Positions 9,247 through 18,370 of a DNA stretch of 64,000 nt are shown piece by piece. This DNA is from an uncultured delta proteobacterium (GTDB lineage: Bacteria; Myxococcota_A; Polyangia; Palsa-1104). The notes under the pieces were generated by a model. The model saw nothing but the letters and a program-made list of their open reading frames with translations. It did no database searches and had not been told where the DNA came from. Both the position numbers and the translations under genes were made by a program. The stretch covers positions 384,001-448,000 of the forward strand of contig CAWAWS010000039.1 in NCBI GenBank assembly GCA_963785725.1. Reading direction: 5' to 3'. Every line of letters begins with the position of its first letter. Positions within the stretch are counted from its first letter, which is position 1.

Positions 9247-11081
9247 GCCAAGCGGAAGCGCTCGTGAGCCCGAAGACGGGCGGACGGGTCAACGACTTCG
9301 CCTTCAAGATCGCCACGCCCAACGGCTCGGGCTCGGCGTCGGCCAACGGCCTGCTCATGCAGGCGATCTTCCGCATGGGCGTGCCGGTGTCGGGCAAGAA
9401 CGTCTTTCCCTCGAACATTCAGGGCCTGCCGACGTGGTACGAGATCCGCGTCAACAAAGACGGCCACACGGCGCGCACGCCCGACTTCGACTTGATGGTC
9501 GCGCTCAATCCGGCGACCTATGCGCGCGACATCGCCGAGGTGCGCGCCGGCGGCTGGCTCGTGCACGACTCGACCTGGCCGCTGCCGCGCGAGCTCACGC
9601 GCGCCGACGTGACGATGATCCCGATCCCGCTGGCGGCTTTGTGCAACGAGGCCTTCGACGGCGGGCGCGAGCGCGTGCTCATGAAGAACATCGCCTACGC
9701 CGGCGCGTTGGCGGCGCTGCTCGACATGGATCTCGAGATCATCAAGCAGCTGCTCAACGAAAAATACGGCAAGAAAGCGGCGCTGATGGCGTCGAACGAG
9801 CGCGCCATTCAGATCGGCTATCAATACGCGAAACAGCACTTTACCTGTCCCTTGCCGGCGCATTTGGCGCGGCTCGAGGCCACGCGCGATCACATCCTGC
9901 TCGACGGCAACACGGCGGCGGCGCTGGGCTGCGTCTACGCCGGCGCCACCGTCGGCGCCTGGTATCCGATCACGCCGTCGACGTCGCTGATGGAGGGCTT
10001 CAAGTCGTTCTGCCAGCGCTTCCGCGAAGAGCCGGACGGCACCAAGCGCTACGCCATCCTGCAGGCCGAGGACGAGCTGTCGGCCATCGGCATGGTCATC
10101 GGCGCGTCGTGGGCCGGCGCGCGCGCCTTCACGCCGACCAGCGGTCCCGGCATCTCGCTCATGTCGGAGTTCGTCGGCCTCGCCTATTACGCGGAGATTC
10201 CCGCCGTCCTGTTCGACGTGCAGCGCACCGGGCCGTCGACGGGCATGCCGACGCGCACGCAGCAGGGCGACATCCTCTTGTGCGCGTTCGCGTCGCACGG
10301 CGACACCAAGCACCTGCTGCTGTTCCCGGCCAATCCCGAGGAATGCTTCTACATGGCGGTCAACGCCTTCGACTTGGCCGATCGCTTTCAGACGCCCGTG
10401 TTCGTGCTCTCCGATCTCGACATCGGCATGAACGACTGGATGGTCAAGAACCTGCAATGGGACGACGCCTATCAGCCCGATCGCGGCAAGGTCTTGAGCG
10501 CGGGCGAGATCGAGCAGCTCAAGGTGTTTCACCGCTACGTCGACGCCGACGGCGACGGCATCGCCGCGCGCACGCTGCCCGGCGTGCATCCCAAGGGCGC
10601 CTTCTTCACGCGCGGCTCGGGGCACAACAAGCTCGGCGGCTACACCGAAGACTCGGCCGAATACGTCGAGGTCGTCGACCGCATCGCGCGCAAGATCAAT
10701 CGCGCCGCCGAGTTCGTGCCGGCGCCGATCGTCAAGAGCGTCGGCCATTCGCGCGGCCTCATCACCGTCGGCAGCTGTGACGGCGCGGCCAAAGAGGCGC
10801 TGGAGGAGCTGGCGCGCCGCGACATCGGGCTCGACTATCTGCGCGTGCGCGGCTTCCCGTTCGCGCAGGCCATTCACGACTTCATCGCGCAGCACGAGGA
10901 GGTCTTCGTCGTCGAGGCCAACCGCGACGGCCAGCTGCGCACGCTGTTGCAGCTCGAGACCGGCGTCGCGCCGACGAAGCTGCCGTCGGTGCGCTATTAC
11001 GGCGGCTTTCCCATGTCGAGCCACCACATCGTCAGCGGCGTGTTGGCGCACTTGGCGAAGAAAGAAGAGGGCCGGTCATGA
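9243..11081 (+). CDS. 2-oxoacid:ferredoxin (acceptor) oxidoreductase alpha subunit
   Basis: YPITPS, QAEDE, TSGPGISLM and QRTGPSTGMPT motifs. ATGA overlap at 9243-9246. Confidence 0.95.
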   Translation: MSQAEALVSPKTGGRVNDFAFKIATPNGSGSASANGLLMQAIFRMGVPVSGKNVFPSNIQGLPTWYEIRVNKDGHTARTPDFDLMVALNPATYARDIAEVRAGGWLVHDSTWPLPRELTRADVTMIPIPLAALCNEAFDGGRERVLMKNIAYAGALAALLDMDLEIIKQLLNEKYGKKAALMASNERAIQIGYQYAKQHFTCPLPAHLARLEATRDHILLDGNTAAALGCVYAGATVGAWYPITPSTSLMEGFKSFCQRFREEPDGTKRYAILQAEDELSAIGMVIGASWAGARAFTPTSGPGISLMSEFVGLAYYAEIPAVLFDVQRTGPSTGMPTRTQQGDILLCAFASHGDTKHLLLFPANPEECFYMAVNAFDLADRFQTPVFVLSDLDIGMNDWMVKNLQWDDAYQPDRGKVLSAGEIEQLKVFHRYVDADGDGIAARTLPGVHPKGAFFTRGSGHNKLGGYTEDSAEYVEVVDRIARKINRAAEFVPAPIVKSVGHSRGLITVGSCDGAAKEALEELARRDIGLDYLRVRGFPFAQAIHDFIAQHEEVFVVEANRDGQLRTLLQLETGVAPTKLPSVRYYGGFPMSSHHIVSGVLAHLAKKEEGRS

Positions 11082-12130
11082 CCTACATCGCCAAGCCCAA
11101 AGTGCACCACCCGAGCATGCAGAAGAACGCGCTCGGCCTCACGCGCCGCGACTACGAAGGCGCGATGTCGACGCTCTGCGCCGGCTGCGGTCACGACTCG
11201 GTGACGGCGGCGATCGTGCAGACGTTCTGGGAGCTCGACGTGCCGCCGCATCGCGTGGCCAAGCTCTCGGGCATCGGCTGCTCGTCGAAGACGCCGACCT
11301 ATTTTCTACGCGAGGCGCACGGCTTCAACAGCGTGCACGGGCGCATGCCGTCGATCGCGACCGGCGCCAACGCGGCCAATCACGAGCTCGTCTACATCGG
11401 CATCAGCGGCGACGGCGATTCGCTGTCGATCGGCCTCGGCCAGCTGTGCCACGTCATTCGCCGCAACGTCAACATGCTCTACGTGTGCGAGAACAACGGC
11501 GTCTACGGCCTGACCAAAGGGCAATTCTCGGCCTCGGCCGACAAGGGCTCGCTGGCGAAGAAGGGCGAAGCCAACGCCTTCGACGCCATCGACGGCGCGC
11601 TGCTCGCGTTGACGCTCGGCGCCACCTTCGTCGCGCGCAGCTTCTCGGGCGACAAGGAGCAGCTCGTGCCGATCTTGAAGGCGGGCCTCAAGCATAAAGG
11701 CTTCGCCTTCATCGACGTCATTTCGCCCTGCGTCACCTTCAACGATCACGATGGCTCGACGAAGTCCTACGCGCACACGCGCGAGCACGATCATGACGTG
11801 GCCGACATCGACTTCGTGCCGCTGCGCCGCGAGATCACGATGCCGCCGGCGCCCGACCAACAGACGCTGACGCTGCATGACGGCTCGCAAGTGCGCTTCC
11901 GCCGCGTCGAAGCGGGCTACGATCCGACCGACCGCGACAAAGCCTACGGTTACATCCGTCAGCATCAGCAAGCGGGCGAAGTCGTCACCGGGCTCTTGTA
12001 TTTGCAGCCGGACGGCCAGGATTTGCACGACGTGAACAAGACGGTGGCGACGCCGCTGGCGCAGCTCGGGTACGACCGGCTCACACCCGGCGCCGCGGCG
12101 CTGGCGCAATTGCAGAAGCGCTGGCGTTGA
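11078..12130 (+). CDS. 2-oxoacid:ferredoxin oxidoreductase beta subunit (TPP-binding)
   Basis: LCAGCG, SGIGCS, HGR, GDGD and NNGVYGLTKGQ motifs. ATGA overlap. Confidence 0.95.
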   Translation: MTYIAKPKVHHPSMQKNALGLTRRDYEGAMSTLCAGCGHDSVTAAIVQTFWELDVPPHRVAKLSGIGCSSKTPTYFLREAHGFNSVHGRMPSIATGANAANHELVYIGISGDGDSLSIGLGQLCHVIRRNVNMLYVCENNGVYGLTKGQFSASADKGSLAKKGEANAFDAIDGALLALTLGATFVARSFSGDKEQLVPILKAGLKHKGFAFIDVISPCVTFNDHDGSTKSYAHTREHDHDVADIDFVPLRREITMPPAPDQQTLTLHDGSQVRFRRVEAGYDPTDRDKAYGYIRQHQQAGEVVTGLLYLQPDGQDLHDVNKTVATPLAQLGYDRLTPGAAALAQLQKRWR

Positions 12131-12161
12131 ATCGGGCCAAGACCTGAGTAGAACCTCTTCG

Positions 12162-12605
12162 ATGAGTGTCTTGATCATCGAAGACGACGAGGGCGTACGG
12201 CATTCGCTGGCGGAGCTGCTGTACGAAGAGGGCTACGACGTCCAACTCGCCGGCGACGGCTCGGACGCGCTGGCGCTGCTGCAAGAAGAGCCGTTGCCGT
12301 CGCTGATCTTGCTCGACCTTATGATGCCGACGATGAATGGCGGCGAATTTCGCGCGCGGCAGCTGTCCGATCCGCGGCTGGCGAGCATTCCGGTCATCGT
12401 CGTGTCGGCGCGGCCCGACGTGAGCGAGCGCGCGAAGGAGCTGGCGGCGGATGACTTTCTGATGAAGCCGATGAGCTTCGAGGCGCTGATTCACGTCGTG
12501 CAGAACCGCGCCATCACCGTCGTGACGTCGACGTCGCTGCCGGGCAAGCCGAAGACGCTGGCCGAAGCGTGGCGAACGCTCAAGCCAGCGTCGCGCGACG
12601 ACTGA
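12162..12605 (+). CDS. Single-domain response regulator
   Basis: VLIIEDD, LLDLMMPTMNG and KP motifs. Confidence 0.9.
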   Translation: MSVLIIEDDEGVRHSLAELLYEEGYDVQLAGDGSDALALLQEEPLPSLILLDLMMPTMNGGEFRARQLSDPRLASIPVIVVSARPDVSERAKELAADDFLMKPMSFEALIHVVQNRAITVVTSTSLPGKPKTLAEAWRTLKPASRDD

Positions 12606-12606
12606 A

Positions 12607-12756
12607 TTAGTCTTTGATGTTGAGGGCGCCGACGAGCGCGGCGATGAAGATGAGCACGGCCGTGCCGGCGACGAAGTACAAAAAGCCACCGACGACCGGG
12701 TTGATTTTGATGCCACCGGCGAGCATCTCTTCGGGCACGAAATTGAGCGCGAGCAT
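12607..12756 (-). CDS. Small (49 aa) single-pass membrane protein
   Basis: MLALNFVPEEMLAGGIKINPVVGGFLYFVAGTAVLIFIAALVGALNIKD, with a GAGG ribosome-binding site 6 nt upstream and typical codon use. Confidence 0.65.
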   Translation of the reverse strand: MLALNFVPEEMLAGGIKINPVVGGFLYFVAGTAVLIFIAALVGALNIKD

Positions 12757-12927
12757 GGTTATCCTCGAGTGACCAAGTTCGGCGCGCACCCTATCACAGC
12801 CCGGCGCCGCTGTCTCGCGTGGCGCCAAAGCAGGAGCTGACGTAGGCTGAGCACGCACGTTGTCGCCGCGCGGAAGGTCTTTACGACGGTCGCGACTTGG
12901 CGGCAAAGTAAGGGGCGGAGCACAGCA

Positions 12928-13320
12928 ATGCAGACGGTGCTGGTGGTGGAAGATGACGACGATCTGCGCGAAGTCGTGACGCAGACGTTGGAGCGCAACG
13001 GCTTTCGGGTCTTCAGCGCGCGCGACGGCCAAGATGCGCTCGAGCGGCTGGCCGATCATCCGGGACCTTGTTTGATCCTGCTCGATCTGATGATGCCACG
13101 CATGAGCGGCTGGGAATTTCGCCGCCGCCAGCTGGCCGATCCGCGCTTCGCCGAGATGCCGGTCGTCGTCATGACGGCCACGGCGACGCTCGACGAAGCG
13201 GCGATCCACGCCGACGATATTCTGCGCAAGCCGCTCTCGTTCGCCTCGCTGCTCACGGCCGTCAAACGCTACGCGCCGAACGAGCCCGACAATCTCCGCA
13301 CCAGCTCTTCGTCGCGCTGA
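12928..13320 (+). CDS. Single-domain response regulator
   Basis: VLVVEDD, LLDLMMPRMSGWEF and KP motifs; GGAG RBS. Confidence 0.92.
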   Translation: MQTVLVVEDDDDLREVVTQTLERNGFRVFSARDGQDALERLADHPGPCLILLDLMMPRMSGWEFRRRQLADPRFAEMPVVVMTATATLDEAAIHADDILRKPLSFASLLTAVKRYAPNEPDNLRTSSSSR

Positions 13321-13329
13321 ATCGAGAAG

Positions 13330-15564
13330 CTAACGTTCGTGGTGGTTGAACGGCAGCTTGAGCGCGAGCTCGATCGTGCCCAGCACGCGCACGCCTTCGA
13401 TCTGGTAGTCGAACGGAAAGCGATCGGTCTTCAAATAGAAGCCCTTGGTGTTCGTGATGTTCGTGCCCTGCACGCCGACGCGCAGCCAATCGGTGATGCG
13501 ATAGCTGAGGCGCGCGTCGAGCGTCGCCCACGGCGCCACCGACATCGGGCGATAGGCGGCGGTCGGGCTGACCGTGCCGTCGGGGTCGTAAATGTCGCTC
13601 GGCCGGCGGTAGACGCGGCCTTGATAATGGCCCTGCAGCGACGCGCCGAAGCCGTGGCCGTTGTAAGCGACGCCGATATTGAAGACGTGCTGCGGCGCCC
13701 ACGGCAAGACGGTCGACTTCGTGATCGTCGTGTCGATGACGGTCTCGTTGACGAGATGCGCCCACGTGTAATTGACGAAGCCGCTCAGCAGATCGAGTGA
13801 CGACAAGGGCGCGTCCCACAAGATCTCGGTCTCGATGCCGGTGATGGTGTCGCTGTCGAGGTTGGTGGCGAAGTTGGGCTGCGCCGCCGAGAAGTCGATG
13901 GGGTTCTCGTTCTTCTGCCAGTACCAATCGAGCCGCAGATCCAAGTGCGAGAGCACGGCGTAGTCGCCCGCCAGCGTGTACACCGTCAGCTGCTCGGGCT
14001 TGGTGCGATTGATGTTCGACGTGATGAACAGCGTGTTGGCGCCGAACAGCTCCGACGGCGCCGGCGCGCGAAACGCACGCTCCACCATCGCCTTGAAGAC
14101 GAGCTGGTCGCGCCACGGATGCACCAAGAGGGCGACGCGCGGGCTGAACTGCTGGAACGTCTTGGAGTCGACCGGGTGCAGCGCCGAGGTCAGATCTTCG
14201 TAGCTGAAGGCCTCGACGTCGTAGCGCAGGCCTGCCGTCGCCGACAGGATGCGGTGAAACATGCGGCCGGTGGCCACTTGCGTGTAGATGCCGACGTTGT
14301 CGACGGGGTGGTCGAGGATCGGCTGCAGCGCCGGCGGCAGCGGCGTCAGCTGATTGCCGGGAAACGGCAGCTGCGTGCCGCCCACCGATAGATCGGCGGT
14401 CGCTTCGTGCTGGTGATCGCCGGTGTAGATGAACAGCCGATTTTCGACGCCGGCCAGCACCGTCAGCTCGCGCCAGACGCGCCACGTCGCCTGCGCCCGC
14501 GCGAAGATGACGTTCGTCTCGTTGTCGAGCACCTCGTTGAGGCCGTCGGGAAAATTGACCGCGCCGTTCGGCAACAGGCGGGCGTGATAGTCGACCTCTT
14601 GGCGCTGCCACATGAGCAGGAACTCGGTCGACAAACGCTCGTGCAAGAACGGATGCGGCTTGTAGCTCAGCGACGCGATCTGCACGTTCGTCGCCATCTG
14701 CTCCGGCTGATCGGGGATCTGGAAGAGCCAGCCTTGGCCGGTGCCGAACTTCCAATATTGATAATGGAACTGCAGCTGCAAGCCGCTCAAGCTGCCTTTG
14801 CCGTCGATCTTGGCGAAGACGTAGTCGCTCGAGCTCTTGTCGTTGGTCTCGAACTTCTCCAAGCGGCCGAAGGCGTCGACGCGGCCCGAGCCGTCGTAAG
14901 ACATGTAGTGGTTGCCGTCGCTCTCCGTGTGGTTGTAGGCGACGATGAACGAGAACGGCGTGAAGACGTGCGCGGCCATGAGGTCGTAGATCTGCCGGCC
15001 GTCGTTGCCGATGCGCACCTGCGCCGCTGCCGGCCGATCGTTCGACGCCGTGATCGTGCGCAAGGCGACGATGCCGTTCATCGCCGTCGAGCCGTAGAGC
15101 GCCGAGCCCGGCCCGCGCGTCACTTCCATCGTCTCCACCATGTACAAGGGCGTGATGTCCCAGGTATAGGCGGTCAAGTTGACGTTGTTGTTGTGCGGCA
15201 CGCCGTCGATGAGCAGCATGAGGTGGTTGTTGTTCCACCCTTCGTGCAGGCCGCGCGCGCTCACCGTCGTGCGCTCGAAGTCCTGCGACGGCGCGAAGCC
15301 CGGCTGACGGAAGAGCACGTCGTTGGCGCTGGTCCAGCCGTAGGCCTCGATCTGCTCGCGCGAGATGGCGGCGCCGACGGTGGGCGCGTCGCGCAGCGGC
15401 AGCAGCTGCTTCGACGGCGCTTCCACTTGGATCTCCATCAGATCTTCGAGCCGCAGCGAGCCCAGCTCTTCGTTCGACGGCGCTTCCGCCCGCGCCTCGC
15501 CGGCGCCGAGCAGCGCGCCACACGCCAACGCGCCCGCCAAGACGCTGCGCAGCACGACGCTCAC
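13330..15564 (-). CDS. TonB-dependent outer-membrane receptor
   Basis: Signal peptide, LEDLMEIQV N-terminal motif, plug motifs (LIDG, EVTRGPGSALYG) and beta-barrel composition. Confidence 0.93.
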   Translation of the reverse strand: MSVVLRSVLAGALACGALLGAGEARAEAPSNEELGSLRLEDLMEIQVEAPSKQLLPLRDAPTVGAAISREQIEAYGWTSANDVLFRQPGFAPSQDFERTTVSARGLHEGWNNNHLMLLIDGVPHNNNVNLTAYTWDITPLYMVETMEVTRGPGSALYGSTAMNGIVALRTITASNDRPAAAQVRIGNDGRQIYDLMAAHVFTPFSFIVAYNHTESDGNHYMSYDGSGRVDAFGRLEKFETNDKSSSDYVFAKIDGKGSLSGLQLQFHYQYWKFGTGQGWLFQIPDQPEQMATNVQIASLSYKPHPFLHERLSTEFLLMWQRQEVDYHARLLPNGAVNFPDGLNEVLDNETNVIFARAQATWRVWRELTVLAGVENRLFIYTGDHQHEATADLSVGGTQLPFPGNQLTPLPPALQPILDHPVDNVGIYTQVATGRMFHRILSATAGLRYDVEAFSYEDLTSALHPVDSKTFQQFSPRVALLVHPWRDQLVFKAMVERAFRAPAPSELFGANTLFITSNINRTKPEQLTVYTLAGDYAVLSHLDLRLDWYWQKNENPIDFSAAQPNFATNLDSDTITGIETEILWDAPLSSLDLLSGFVNYTWAHLVNETVIDTTITKSTVLPWAPQHVFNIGVAYNGHGFGASLQGHYQGRVYRRPSDIYDPDGTVSPTAAYRPMSVAPWATLDARLSYRITDWLRVGVQGTNITNTKGFYLKTDRFPFDYQIEGVRVLGTIELALKLPFNHHER

Positions 15565-17054
15565 GAGGGCTCGCCTGGTTCGTTGATGGCGTTGATCGCC
15601 CGCGTGTCGTTGGCGGCCGGCGTTTCCTGCGGGCCGGCGCGGTCGATCTCGACGGTGAAGGTCGAGCCCGCGCCCAAGCTGGAGTCGACGTGGATGGTGC
15701 CGCCGTGCGCGAGGACGATCTGGCGCGTGATGTATAAGCCCAGTCCGAGGCCGCCGTAGTTGAGCGACACGGCGCGCTCGAAGCGGCCGAAGATGCGCGT
15801 GTGATCGGCCGCGGCCACGCCGATTCCGTGGTCGCGCACGCGCAGCCGCGCCTTGTGCTCGTCGAGCTCGAGCGTGACGTCGATGGGCTTGCCCTCGCCG
15901 TATTTGACGGCGTTGGTCATGAGATTGACCACCACTTGCTCGAGGCGCAGCGGATCCCAGCGGCCGAGCGCGGTGTCGGGCAGGTTCAGCGTCAACGTCG
16001 AGCCCGAGCGCGCCAGCTCGGCCGACAGCTGCGCCGCGACGTCGCGAATACAGGCGCTCAGGTCGGTGTCCTCGAGCTGCAAGCCGAAGCGGCCGACGGC
16101 GATGCGCGACACGTCGAGCAAGTTGTTGATGAGCCGCTCGAGGCGTCGCACCTGCCGCTCGGTCAGCGCGAACGAGGAGGCGACGCGCTTGGCCTCCAGC
16201 CGATCGGCGATGGTCGGCGGCATCTCGATGAGCGACTGCACTTGCAGCTTCAGCGACGTCAACGGCGTCTTCAGCTCGTGCGAGGCCACCGACAGGAACT
16301 CGTCACGCACGCGAACCGCTTGGCGCGCCTGCTCTTGGCGATGGCCGATCTCGTGCAGCATGTGGTTGAAGGCGTCGGCCAGCTGGCCAATCTCGTCGCC
16401 GCCGTCGTCGTCGGCGCGCACGGTGTAGTCGGCCGATTGCGCGATCTTGCGCGCGATGTCGGCGAGCTTGGCCAGCCGCTTGGAGATGATGCGCTCGAGC
16501 GCCGCCGCCAACAGCACCGACGCGGCGATGACGCCGACGACGAGCCACAGGAGGCCCCAGAGGTAGGCGTGCACGCGCGCCGTCAACGGCGCGGCCTCGG
16601 TGTGCAGGACGAGCGTGCCGAAGCGCGCGTCGTTGTGGTCGACGGGGCGAACGACGGTGATGCGATCGCCGTCGATGGTGGTGCCGGACGCGGCGCCGGC
16701 GACGTCGGCCGGCGGCGGCAGCAGATCGCGCTCGCCGCGCGCGAACGACGCGAACAGCTGGCCGTGCGTGTCGTAGAGCGCGGCGTCGCGGAAGAATTTG
16801 TGGCGGCCGAGCGCCTGCAGCGCCTGCTCGGCGGCGGCGCGCTCGTCGAACGCCAGCGCCGCCGCGCCATAATCGGCGACGACCGAGCCCATGAGCGCGC
16901 TCTCGGCCAGCATGTCGGCGCGGATCTGCCCGATCTCGCGCTCGGCGACGAAGATGAGCACCGTGAACACCGGCACCAAGATCGACGTCAGCGTGAGCGC
17001 GATCAGCTTGCCGCGAATCGACGCCGTGGCCACCTTGCGGCGTTCGCCCGTCAT
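15561..17054 (-). CDS. Membrane sensor histidine kinase (periplasmic sensor, HAMP, HisKA, HATPase)
   Basis: Two TM segments, DEIGQLADAFN HAMP, ASHELKTPL, NAVKY, DHGIG and GLGLGL. ATG at 17054 overlaps the YfiR-like stop. Confidence 0.93.
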   Translation of the reverse strand: MTGERRKVATASIRGKLIALTLTSILVPVFTVLIFVAEREIGQIRADMLAESALMGSVVADYGAAALAFDERAAAEQALQALGRHKFFRDAALYDTHGQLFASFARGERDLLPPPADVAGAASGTTIDGDRITVVRPVDHNDARFGTLVLHTEAAPLTARVHAYLWGLLWLVVGVIAASVLLAAALERIISKRLAKLADIARKIAQSADYTVRADDDGGDEIGQLADAFNHMLHEIGHRQEQARQAVRVRDEFLSVASHELKTPLTSLKLQVQSLIEMPPTIADRLEAKRVASSFALTERQVRRLERLINNLLDVSRIAVGRFGLQLEDTDLSACIRDVAAQLSAELARSGSTLTLNLPDTALGRWDPLRLEQVVVNLMTNAVKYGEGKPIDVTLELDEHKARLRVRDHGIGVAAADHTRIFGRFERAVSLNYGGLGLGLYITRQIVLAHGGTIHVDSSLGAGSTFTVEIDRAGPQETPAANDTRAINAINEPGEPS

Positions 17055-17620
17055 GGGCCGCTCCCGGTGACGACGCGGGCGAAGCGCAAGAGCTGCGCGC
17101 TCAGCTTGAGCCCGCTCTTCTTGACGCCTTCGGCGCAGATCTCGAAGCGCACGTGGTTGCCCTCGTCGAGGTAGAGATTGATGAGCACGCCCTCGTGCGC
17201 AAAGCCGTCGCTGTCGCCGACGGTGAGGATGGGATGGCCGGCCGTGCGCTGCACCAGCTGCTTCAGCCGCGACCGCTCCGACGCGGCGATGAACGCGACC
17301 TGGCAGCCGCTCAGATCGCCGTCGGCTTTGACCTGACGCAGCTCGGCGTGGCGATCGTCGATGCGGTGATCGCGCGCCAGCACGAACTGCAGCGGCTGCA
17401 AGAGCGGCGTGTCGCCGACGACGCACAGCGTGAAGGGCGCGGTGCTGCCGGCGAACGCTTCGTTGGGCCAGTCGACGAAGTGCGTGAAGCGCTCGATGAC
17501 CTCGGCCTTGATGGCGTGCTCGAGCCGTTCGTCGGACGAGGCGCGCGCGGGCATGCTCAGCGTCGCCAGCGTCAGCGCCAGCGCCAGCTTTGCCCTCCAG
17601 CGCCGCCCCGACGCGCCCAT
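17051..17620 (-). CDS. YfiR family (DUF4154) periplasmic protein
   Basis: Signal peptide, E-AIKA--I-RF--FVDWP, LCVVG, C-VAFI, ILTVGD and RFEI...LSAQLLR motifs. Confidence 0.88.
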   Translation of the reverse strand: MGASGRRWRAKLALALTLATLSMPARASSDERLEHAIKAEVIERFTHFVDWPNEAFAGSTAPFTLCVVGDTPLLQPLQFVLARDHRIDDRHAELRQVKADGDLSGCQVAFIAASERSRLKQLVQRTAGHPILTVGDSDGFAHEGVLINLYLDEGNHVRFEICAEGVKKSGLKLSAQLLRFARVVTGSGP

Positions 17621-17780
17621 ACGAAATCCCCCCGCGCGTATCTTACACCCACAGTCGCGGTGCATGGGCGAGCGACCGTCGATCACGGAATCCACCGATT
17701 CCCGGGGTGTGACGTGGCCTTAGCTGTGCGACCTTATGTCGCATGTTCAGCGGGCGGCGATGGTGCTTACGATCGTTTGC

Positions 17781-18269
17781 ATGGGATTTGCGGGGACGGG
17801 TGCGCGGCGAATCCTCGTGGTCGAGGACGACTTGCAGCTCCGCGAGTCGGTCTCGCAGACGCTGGCGCAAGAGGGCTACGACGTCGTGACGGCGCGCAAC
17901 GGCCGCGAAGGCCTGGAGCTGGCCGCGAGCTCGCCGCCCGATCTGGTGCTGCTCGATCTGATGATGCCGGTCATGAGCGGCTGGGAATTTCGCGAGCGCC
18001 AGCAGCTGCATCCCGAATTGGCGGCGATCCCAGTCGTCGTCATGACGGCGACGCCGTCGCTGGAGGCGGCCGCCATCGAAGCCGCCGATCTGCTGCTCAA
18101 GCCGGTGCGTCCGAGCGATCTGCTGGCGACGGTGGTGCGGCACATCGGCGAGGCCTTCGACGACCTCGTCGACACGACGGGCAACGACTTCGCCGACGCG
18201 CCCAACACCGAGCCCAACGCGCCCGCGCTGCCGTTCGAAGATCACGACAGCAGCCGTCATCATCATTGA
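17781..18269 (+). CDS. Single-domain response regulator with acidic C-terminal tail
   Basis: ILVVEDD, LLDLMMPVMSGWEF and KP motifs. Start is uncertain (17736 or 17781). Confidence 0.88.
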   Translation: MGFAGTGARRILVVEDDLQLRESVSQTLAQEGYDVVTARNGREGLELAASSPPDLVLLDLMMPVMSGWEFRERQQLHPELAAIPVVVMTATPSLEAAAIEAADLLLKPVRPSDLLATVVRHIGEAFDDLVDTTGNDFADAPNTEPNAPALPFEDHDSSRHHH

Positions 18270-18370
18270 CCGTCGGTTTTGCGTCGTCGCGGCTGTAGTC
18301 CGGCAGACAGCGCCGACTCGTCGTGAAGTTCGCGCTGGCGGCGGCGCGCGCGCGCGTTACAAGAAATCGC

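Noticed and set aside
8790..11051. Long antisense ORFs here and elsewhere (e.g. 28463-30871, 42133-44340, 51047-53377)
   Set aside because: Arg/Ala-rich shadow frames expected in high-GC DNA, overlapping well-supported genes.
18245..18268. Additional full copy of the N8 palindrome (also 45267 and 62003)
   Set aside because: Only one arm matches, so these are counted as half-sites at most.
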